20,000 nucleotides of DNA from Seison nebaliae (lineage: Eukaryota), in contig JALJEE010000635.1 in the NCBI GenBank assembly GCA_023231475.1, positions 58,464-78,463 on the forward strand, read 5' to 3'. Positions 11,297 to 20,000 of the stretch are shown in pieces. Numbering within the stretch: position 1 is the first letter of the stretch; each line of letters begins with the position of its first letter. The notes beneath the pieces are model-generated. The model had not been told where the DNA came from. It searched no databases and saw only the letters and a program-made list of their open reading frames with translations. A program made the translations under genes and the position numbers.

Positions 11297-14143
11297 TTTA
11301 TGGAAAATCTGCTTCTCAATTCCTTATGACAACTTCTCCTTCGATATCATTCCTTCACCTTCCTTCGTTTCTTACCGTTTGGAAATTGTGTTGCACATTT
11401 TATCAAGTTATTTTTTTTTCACATTCTCTACTTATGATCAGTCGCCGTAAATGACGAGAAATCATCGAAGGATAATAAAAGACCGTTTCACCTTTTTCAA
11501 CATCAAAAAAAAACCAAGAAAGAAACAGAAGAAACTGTAATTCTTGTAAGAGCTTGCATGTTTGGTGGAAGGATTGCTATTAAGAGAATATCATGTAAAA
11601 GAAAATGAAAAGAAGAAGATAATTGATAATATGGAAATTATTATAGTACGAGGTCGAATGTTCAAATGGATATGGTAAAAAAAGGAAAACTTTCGTTAAT
11701 TTATTATTCCGGTATTTCACCCACTCCTTCTCGCCAATCTCGCATATGTATCACATTCGAATGAGGGAGGATGATAAATGAATATTTTCTATAAATTTAT
11801 TCACTTCCAAGAACAAAATGCATAGACTCCTCACTGATTTGTTCTTTATCGATTAGTTCCATATCGATTATTACATTTCCTTTTCCTATATATAAAAGAC
11901 CTAAATAAAAGTTCGGATTACATCAACTCGAACCAAAAGAGAAATTATCGGGAGTTTCTTTCTGGGAATAATCGGAAGAAATAGTTGACATTATCTTCGC
12001 GATTAATGTTAAGTGGGAAAATTTAAGATTTGATGAAATACACTTGTTTGTGCACTTTCGGTGCATTAATGGTGCATATTGATTAAATGGAAAAGAAGCG
12101 TCGATTTCAATCAATTGACGATTGTAGTAGATGGGAGAATGATGACGAGGTCATTGTTAACATTAGTCGTCTGATCAGATGGAATAGTAATGGAAAGAAC
12201 GGAGGGGAAAAAGCATATTGTCGCCAGGAAGGAACAGTGTGCATAATAAGCAAACGTTGTTTGGTTAATGCTCATAGATAATAAGTCATATAATATACAT
12301 TAGAATTTTTCTAATGTAATTTTATAGAGTAATTATTGTTAGCCATTTGTCTTTAGTCAATTTGGTTATGTAAAATGATTATTCTGTTGCGAATGTTCGT
12401 CGCGATTGATAAAAGAATATTAGAAAAAAAATTGATTATATTATTAAGTTGGTGATTAAATAATATGGAAATAATAATAAGTAAAAACCTTTAAAATGTT
12501 CGTCACATATCTCGTTGGTGGAATGTGTTCATTCGTCCTATGTATACATATGTATATGACTTTGGATGTATGTTGTCGTGTCGTGACGGTTTCATGGAAA
12601 ATAATTACGATTATATGAATTTCATCTCTGCTTATCATTACTTTTTCTATTACATTGTGCTCATAGAGTGCGGGGGGATGTCAGACTCGATAATTCATTT
12701 CTCTATTCACATTATTGGTACAGAAGGAATTGTAATGAGCAGGAAAATAAATCATTCATTTCTTGTCAATGCTGTTAGACTAATAATCGTCAAAGCAGTT
12801 GTCGTCATTCACCATTTCTTCCTCCATTCAACTTCCTCCTGTTCCTCCACTTGGCTCGTTGTGCGATGGAGAATGGTGTAAATGGAGTCACTCATTCCCC
12901 GTCTTAAAAATGTTGGTGTGCGAGAATTGTGCGAGAGATTCCATGATCGTCATAATATGAAGATGATGGGAGAAGAGTAGATATTAGTAGGCGGGTTGGG
13001 GAAATTTAACTGAAATTTACTTAAAAGAATAAGAACATTAACAGCATTAAAGTTGAATTGTGTCGTGTATCCAAAAGAATTAGACATATTGGAAAGAAGC
13101 AATCCTCACCGTCATATGGTGGGAGGGGGAATATGAAGGAGCATGCATTTGAATGAGAGAATATTATGTTAATCATATCATTTACCATGATCGGAAATAT
13201 CTGTCATCTCTTCATCATTGGTCTTTTCTATGACTTTTCTTTTGATGGGATATATCTGTTTTAACATGTATATAAATGATATTGTGTAATGAAGGAAAAG
13301 AATGATGTGATGAAATTGGTAAATTCGTGTAGAGAATAGACATATCTATGTTATCAATACATTAAGGAAATTTGAAGAATGAAAGCGAATGTCAATGAAA
13401 ATTAAATGGGCTTCTCATTATGATAGAATGTCCCATCTCATTCATTATCATCTGCAATTGTGCATCATTCATCTTCCTCCATTCCCCCCCATACAGTCCC
13501 ATACACTCCAATTGTCAAAGGAACAAATTCTGATTTCTTTATCTCCCAACAAACTACTTCCCGCCATTCTCCAATAATTAGACAAGTAACAACATCCCAG
13601 TAAGTGATCTGTTCGTTGTCTCCGATTTGTGGAGGAGACAGAATTAAGATAAGATAGCAGATTTTCTTCTCCATCCTCCTCTCCTCCAACAAATCCACCT
13701 AATCAATGTCATTCATTATCGTCTTCCCTCCCAAATCAGAGCGACGGTTGGAAGAATGTACTGTTATTAAACCATTTCTTCAACGACGACGACATTCGAA
13801 AACATCTAGCAAACAAATGAAAATTGACTATCACGCCACTTTGATGGGAATAATCGTCATGTACATATTTGCTGTGTGGAGATGTTTTTTAGATTTGGTC
13901 TCTCGAAAGCGGCACAACGGATTGACATTAATAAGTATCTGCACATTACGGGAAGGGGGGGAATATGTAAGAATGAAATATTCGTACAATCCTGCTAATA
14001 TGGATAATATGTTGAAATGACTGACTGAAAGGCTGACTATGCACGGCGAGAAGATTGAATATATCTTATCTAACAATTTCTTTTTATTCCTTCCTCTTCG
14101 TAGATTGTGAAAGAGAAAAGACGTAAGCTCCACATAATTAACC

Positions 14144-14173
14144 AGATAGATAGATAGATAGGTAGATAGATAG
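14144..14173. repeat. Imperfect (AGAT)n tetranucleotide repeat
   Basis: agatagatagatagataggtagatagatag. Confidence 0.85.
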
Positions 14174-14307
14174 GTGAGATAGGTGACGTAGGATACACCT
14201 AAGCAAATCTATCTACCATTATCTACACCATTTGCAGGTAGTTAGATAGACAAATATTCTAAATAAATATTGTTGAATGAATAAGGGAAGGGAGGTGATG
14301 AAATAGA

Positions 14308-17300
14308 ATGGAAGAACGACGATATCAGATGAAGTTGTTCCTACTACTTCTCTTGTCGATTGTCGTTGTGCCAATAGCAAATGGGAATTTGGCAGGTTAA
14401 CCATCTACTTACTTCATCAATAGTTTAACAACAATCTCTTCTCTCACTTCACCTCCAGATACACGTTGTCGAGCTGATTCGCTTAGCTGCACCTCTACTC
14501 AAATGTGCCATTCCGGTTCGTATATAATTATTTTGACAGTTTCATAAATTAACATCTATCTACTCATCCGTCTCCTCCATTCGTCGTCGTCGTCTCAAAT
14601 AAATTCCAAATAAATTTTGGACGAATATCTCCTCCCATTCTCATTTTTGATTTCTCATTCCATTTTCTTTTTCCACATTCTCCAATTAACCAATTTCTTG
14701 AGAAGATCCTTTTCGTTTTGAAAATTTATCATAAATTGATTTCAGAATAATAATAATAATAATATTTAAATATTTTCTGTTTAATTAATTCATTTTAGCC
14801 ACTAATCGGTGTGTGGAAATCAGTCAAGTTCCATTGTATGAATCAGTTATCGCTTTGTTTCGGGCACCGGTCGACCTCCAATCCACGAAGATTCAATGCG
14901 TTATCGGGGCGATTGTTGGGACGTTGAATGACGACGAATATGAAGGAATCATCGACATTGAGATTCGGATCGATAGAATCTCAGATTCGATTCTCAGACA
15001 TTGTTGGAATGAGGAGGAGAAGAATGTGATGGAGGAGGATTCGAATGATCGGTCGATGATCGAGAAGGAGAAGAAGGACGAGGAATTATTCGATTCACAA
15101 TTATTGCAGACCATTTCCAATGAGCCTTATTACCGGCATAAATATGAGCGAATCGTTCGAAAGATTGTGAAATTAATGAAAAAATTAAAATCTCCTGATA
15201 CTAAAGACGATACGGGTGCAAGAGATACGGAGATGGAGACAGCACCTTATCGTTTATCTAAACAACAAGTCATCGCCCAGCGCTACTCAATTTTTCCCGA
15301 AAATGTCATTTATATGAATTTGAATGAGAAGTGAGTATATTATTAGTTTGTGTGTGTGTGCGTGTGTGTGTGTGTGTGTGTGAGAATAATCCGCCTTTCT
15401 TCCATTCTCCTCCCAATGATTATAAGTAGATGGAAATTAATTTAAAAAATACGTTGATCTTTTGCAGGAATGGAATGATGAATGGAACGAATGTACGCAA
15501 ATTGTTGGACGGTGTATTGCATCGGATGAACAATCCGATTTCCCCGAAAGACATCGTCGACGATATTAAGTTATTATTATTCCTGGAGAATTTCCTTTAT
15601 CTTCTCCAATTAATTTCTCAACTCTAAACGAATGTTAATTTAGCGTAACTCCACATAAGATAACAGTCGTTATTAAGGAAGAAGAAGCGAATAATTATGG
15701 AATTACTGTAAATGAGATTGCTTCTTTTATTTGTTGGTCTCATTCTCCTCATTCGCCCCCCATTCTTATTATTGAGATCTCTAGGGAACAATCGTGATGA
15801 GCTATTTCCCAACCATACTCTACTCGATGTCGGTCTAGGCTATGATTCAGTTAGTCCTCATTCCATTCATTCTCTCCATCTCCATCCCATCTAACTATTC
15901 TCATAGACATTCGATTGAATAGGATGGATTTTTAATCATCATTATTTCCATAAGAAGGAATTATCATCATTCCTTTAGGCTACCATCTCCCCCCTCATAT
16001 AATATTCTATTATTCTCTACAACTTGTCAATTTTTCGGAAATTAATTATTTCAACTTTCCTTATGATTCTTTCTCTTCCTCTTCCACTACTCAATACACT
16101 TCCATTCCTTTCCTCGAATCATATTCATATCGTCACCATCACCATCACCTGGTGATGATGATGATGAGATACGGTTGTTGTTTATGACAAAACTAACAAA
16201 TTTCCCGTTCACTCAGATTAATGGAAAATCAGTGATAACGTCAACGAATGATGTTGGACGGAATAAGAAGGCTTGGCCAACCACCTTAACCGTGAATGGT
16301 CGTCGTAACATTCTCACCATCACTATCATCATAGTAGCGACTGCTCTCATTCTCATCACCATCATCATATTGGTGACGTTATGTATTCTACCATTCAACG
16401 GGAAAGAACATCCGTTCTCTCCCACCTCTTTCAACTTCTATTCGGTGAAACATTTCCTTGGATCGTTGAGACCGAATCAACAACAAACGACATCGACAAC
16501 GAATGACGATGTGAGCAATTGGGACCAATCATCCAACGAACAATCGAACATTCTCCAACGATTCCGACGATTTTTCACAAAACCGAACGAATTCTATTCG
16601 GATTTACGCGCGTCTGATTCATTAGATGAAGTTCAAGCAAATTATACAGTTCGATGACATTTTCATTCCTATTTGTCATTCTCTCCATCTAAAAAGGATT
16701 TGTGTCGCGAACAACGATTCCTCAATTGCATTTCTGATGTTCAACGATCGTTAAGGTTCGAACTTTGTTATCGTGGAAAACACTTTTCATTTCACCTTTC
16801 CACAGTCAAGAAGAAATTCGTCAAATTTTAGAGGCAGATGACTTAGAAAGTAAAATTGAATATAAAGATGTGAGTTCATTGAATGAGGAAGAAGAGAAGA
16901 ATCGAGAGGAGAATATCGTTGGCTTCATCAACTCATTCCATCATTTCCTATCATGTTAATTGCAGGAGACATTAAACGATTTGTTAATGAACAAAAATAA
17001 TTGTTTCGACGATTTATGGAATCGATTAGAATCTCTATTAAGTCGTACTAATCTGGGAATTTCATCACGAACTGGTTCGTTTCCACTTACCACACATTCG
17101 ATTCCCCTTCATTCATTCATTCATTCTCATTTGACAGGTGTGCACGAACGTAGCACGATTGAAGGCAAAAAGGATGAGAACCAGAGGAAGAACAGATATG
17201 GTCACACATTCATTCCATGTTTCATTTTATTTCTTGTCTAATCGACTAATAATTTTCATTCAGTTGACAGGAATCGTGTCGTACTGCCAATCGAAGAGAA

Positions 17301-18638
17301 TGATTATATCAATGCATCTTATGTCGTTCGACTTCTTTTCTCTCTAATGAAAATTTTATTTTTTCTTTCTCTCAAGAAATTGGAGGATGAGGAAGAAGAA
17401 GAGAAGAAATATATCATCGCACAAGCACCAATGCATGATACGGTCACCGATTTCTGGGAGATGATATGGAACGAGAAAATTACTCAAATTGTCAACTTGA
17501 CGAAGTTGAATGAGAATCAACAGCCTCTTTGCTACCGTTATTGGCCGTGTGAGGACGTGGAGATGTTTAAACATTTCGAAATAAAATTATTGAGAGAAAT
17601 CGTCTTCGATCAAGACAATTTCAGTAAAAGAATTTTACGTTTGAAGAACATTTTGACGGGGGAAAGTCGATCAATTGTCCAATATAATTTCGCAATCTGG
17701 TATCAATTCTCGTTGGGATCGATTAAACGGATTGTGGAAGAAAGAAATGATGAAAATCGATGGGACGACGGTTATCGGTCGGTCGCTACCAAATCTTTAC
17801 TCCAATTTAGAAAGTTAGAGATATTTACTATGATACGTATAATATGTCCATGAATTGGGAAAAAGAAAAATTTCCTTTTTTATTTGCACGAAAATTTGAT
17901 GAACTTTCGCTGTTCACCAAATCGCTTTTGTGATTGATTGCAGTTTCGTATCCCGTCGCTTATGAAACGGCATGCATGTCTGTCGGCCTTCGTCCGTGTC
18001 GCATGTCTCCTTTATGGCAATGCTGATCCGTGAAGGAACTGTCAATCCACATCGAAAGTTGACGGGCATCTTTTATGGTCAGTAGTGCTGCCGTCGGCAC
18101 AAATGTTTCACGCCTTGACTCATGATATTCATTGTCCGTTTGCGATCCTTGATTAATTGCATAGTCATAAAAGTGAATTGGTTTCCAGTAACATAAAGAT
18201 GATTCGTTGATCCTCTTCTCATTGTCCTCTTCTCCTTCAACGATTATTCCATCTTCTAATAATTATTATTCCATTTCATTAAATAGACTAGTGAAACAAA
18301 AACAAACTCCTTCTCAATATCTTTTGGTTCATTGCAAGTTAGCAAATTAGCTTAACCTCTCTTAACTCAATCCGCTCATCAGCAATGGAAGTTCGAGATG
18401 TACCGCGTACTTGTTAATCGATCGCTTAATACAATCACTTAAAAGTTTTCATTATTTTATTTCATCTCATTTATATCAACTCCATCTCTCCACAGAAAAA
18501 CATACGAAGAGTTTAGAGGAAATCATTGAGGAACAGGTGAACTTGTTGAGAAACGAACGAATGAAGAGTCTGTTCACGAAAGAACAACTCGAAATCTCTT
18601 TGGCTACCGTTAAACAATATTATTCAAAAAACTATTGA
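14308..18638 (+). CDS. PTPRN: Receptor-type tyrosine phosphatase N family (IA-2/phogrin, ida-1-like), probable pseudophosphatase. Exons 14308-14395, 14459-14515, 14799-15330, 15468-15569, 15644-15732, 15785-15849, 16217-16648, 16697-16755, 16806-16917, 16966-17074, 17138-17218, 17264-17325, 17377-17813, 18287-18337, 18383-18444, 18496-18638
   Basis: All 15 GT-AG junctions are phase-consistent. The product has a signal peptide (MKLFLLLLLSIVVVPIANG), a 4-Cys N-terminal segment (CRADSLSCTSTQMCHSATNRC), an IA-2-type juxtamembrane domain (VRKLLDGVLH...INVTPHKITVVI...LLDVGLG), a TM, and one PTP domain: KNRY, DYINASYV, YIIAQAP...DFWEMIW, IVNLT, CYRYWP, SLLQFRK, LLVHCNNGSSRC, LRNER...TKEQLEISL. PTPRN versus PTPRN2 cannot be resolved. 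Confidence 0.88.
15349..15382. repeat. (TG)n microsatellite inside intron 15331-15467
   Basis: Directly visible, with one CG interruption. Confidence 0.92.
17896..18210 (+). ncRNA. Unidentified ~315-nt structured intronic RNA element
   Basis: Nested helices pair the two ends (for example 17916-36 / 18162-82, 20 of 21 paired) and close a multibranch domain. About 19 G-U pairs work only on the + strand. The element is GC-richer than its flanks and lies in the 473-nt intron 17814-18286. Confidence 0.75.
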
Positions 18639-18676
18639 TCTTAATTCGGAATTTAAATTCCGAAATTTGTTCTTGA

Positions 18677-18682
18677 AATAAA
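18677..18682 (+). promoter_or_regulatory. Putative polyadenylation signal AATAAA of the IA-2-like gene
   Basis: AATAAA about 40 nt after the stop, with a second copy at 18725. The motif is common in AT-rich DNA. Confidence 0.4.
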
Positions 18683-19204
18683 AGAGAATTCTATCATTAA
18701 ATTTTCCCAATTTAAATATTGACCAATAAAATTTTCACTTACATAAATCCGCACAACTATTGAAAATTTTAAAATATTTTTATCAAAACCTATTCAACCA
18801 TCGACCTAAAGTATTGTAGGTTGCGGAACGATATTCACCAACTTTTTTCATTTTCCTTCTTATTTTCATTTTAAAATGATTTTCTCTCCACTGTCTAAAA
18901 TAATCAATGAAGTCAGTGAAGACTACAAATTCACTGTGGCGAATAGAAGTGAACGATTGCATCTATGAAAGCAGCAGATCATATTGCGAATGTAAAAGAG
19001 AAACAGAAAATCGTCGCATAATTCACAATTTTGTCTCGGTATTTCAAAGATATCTCATCATTCATTGTCAACATAATAATTATTATAAATTACGTTGATT
19101 ATGGAACTACTTATGACTTTCTCAAGGGAACTTCCGTGACGTCATATGTAATCGTCAGTAGTTAATGATGTAATATTGATACTCGAATATAGAAGAATTT
19201 TCAT

Positions 19205-19277
19205 GGCTCTGTAGCTTAGTGGTTAAAGCGCCTGTCTTGTAAACAGGAGATCACGAGTTCAAATCTCGTCAGGGCCT
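19205..19277 (+). tRNA. trnT-UGU: tRNA-Thr(UGU), copy 1
   Basis: Acceptor GGCTCTG/CAGGGCC, D arm GCTT-AGTGGTTA-AAGC, anticodon arm CCTGT-CT-TGT-AA-ACAGG, T arm ACGAG-TTCAAAT-CTCGT, T discriminator. No encoded CCA and no intron. Confidence 0.97.
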
Positions 19278-19722
19278 TATTGCTCTATGGAATTTTATTT
19301 TAATGATGATGAGTCTAACTTTAAGGAATAATTGAAAGAAAAAAAAGAAAAATATCGTCAAATAAACTAATTTATAGGGAAAATAATAACGGCAATTTTA
19401 TCATTACTGATTATAAAACTCATTATATTTAAAATCTCATCTTTCTCCTCTACAAATAACCGAATTTCTGATATCACCAACATAATGAAAGCAATACTTT
19501 GATGATTAACAAATAGGAAGAAAATAATAATATAATTTTTTTTTCTTCATCGAAACTAACATGTCCTTTCGATATAATTTCCCGCAAAAAACTGTTATGG
19601 TCATAACAACATTGTAGATACTAAAGTTTTTCATACCAAAGTCAAGCTTTTCCATTACATGCCATGATATGAACATAGGAACATGAGAAATTTTATTAAG
19701 AAATATGGTCGTCAAACCACAT

Positions 19723-19795
19723 GGCTCTGTAGCTTAGCGGTTAAAGCGCCTGTCTTGTAAACAGGAGATCACGAGTTCAAATCTCGTCAGAGCCT
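19723..19795 (+). tRNA. trnT-UGU: tRNA-Thr(UGU), copy 2
   Basis: Same cloverleaf as copy 1 with two substitutions, followed directly by a T-run (Pol III terminator-like). Confidence 0.97.
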
Positions 19796-20000
19796 TATTT
19801 TGTTGTTGTGCAAGTAAACTTGCTGATCAATAGAATTCATGATAAGCGAAAAAAATAGTATTATTCTTCATTTTATTCGAAAAATAATATTATAAAAAAA
19901 ATTTCAAATCTTTGACATGTCGACTAATAAAAATATTAATTCTGGTAAAGAAGAGAAAGTGGATGACGAAAATGAAATCCATCATTGTGGTTCACCTACT

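Noticed and set aside
10800..14100. Short ORFs in the 3.3-kb region between the divergent LRRC41-like and IA-2-like genes
   Set aside because: No recognisable motifs or consistent splice chain. It is probably regulatory or UTR sequence, though a small gene cannot be excluded.
15712..15894. ORF MRLLLLFVGLILLI... that looks like a signal peptide
   Set aside because: The hydrophobic part is out-of-frame exon plus the pyrimidine-rich intron 15733-15784. Only 15785-15849 is coding, within the IA-2-like gene.
18015..18040. TPP riboswitch or hammerhead (CTGAT..., CGAAA)
   Set aside because: There is no GCUGAGA or correctly ordered P4/P5, and no CUGANGA core with the required three stems.
18045..18053. 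ATCCACATC as a 1.5-repeat telomerase template
   Set aside because: It sits in a small hairpin loop inside the candidate pseudoknot rather than upstream of it, and the telomere repeat of this organism is unknown. Revisit only if telomeres are (TGTGGA)n.
17896..18210. SRP (7SL) RNA, suggested by size and the long basal helix
   Set aside because: There is no Alu-domain UGUNR motif and no helix-8 GNRA/AGCAG motif, and internal T4 runs argue against Pol III transcription.
19137..19144. CRE palindrome TGACGTCA upstream of tRNA copy 1
   Set aside because: It is a single 8-mer with no linked Pol II start evident.
1..20000. CRISPR arrays, transposases, prokaryotic operons or defence systems
   Set aside because: No spaced direct repeats or mobile-element ORFs were seen, and the window is spliceosomal-intron-containing eukaryotic DNA.

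Overview
AT-rich, gene-dense animal genomic DNA with very short GT-AG introns (mostly 41-76 nt). The lineage is inferred from IA-2/PTPRN-like and LRRC41-like genes; it is probably a compact-genome invertebrate, but the species cannot be determined here. Manual splicing gives these genes: N-myristoyltransferase (- strand, 3' end runs off the window), a type II membrane protein of unknown function, a Thr-rich mucin-like locus (one membrane gene or two neighbours), an intronless LRRC41-like BC-box/LRR gene, and a 16-exon IA-2/phogrin-like receptor pseudophosphatase (14308-18638) that unites many separate ORF-track fragments. There are also two tRNA-Thr(UGU) genes. The most notable observation is a ~315-nt, highly base-paired, G-U-rich sense-strand RNA element (17896-18210) filling the largest intron of the IA-2-like gene; it has a switch/pseudoknot core and matches no RNA family I can recognise. 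Other notable points: about 90% of splice donors are GTT rather than GTR; the phosphatase WPD-loop carries either a non-canonical GT-TG intron or a 21-aa insert; and a double-hairpin H/ACA-like candidate lies between the mucin exons. All gene models and folds were done by eye, with no database searches.
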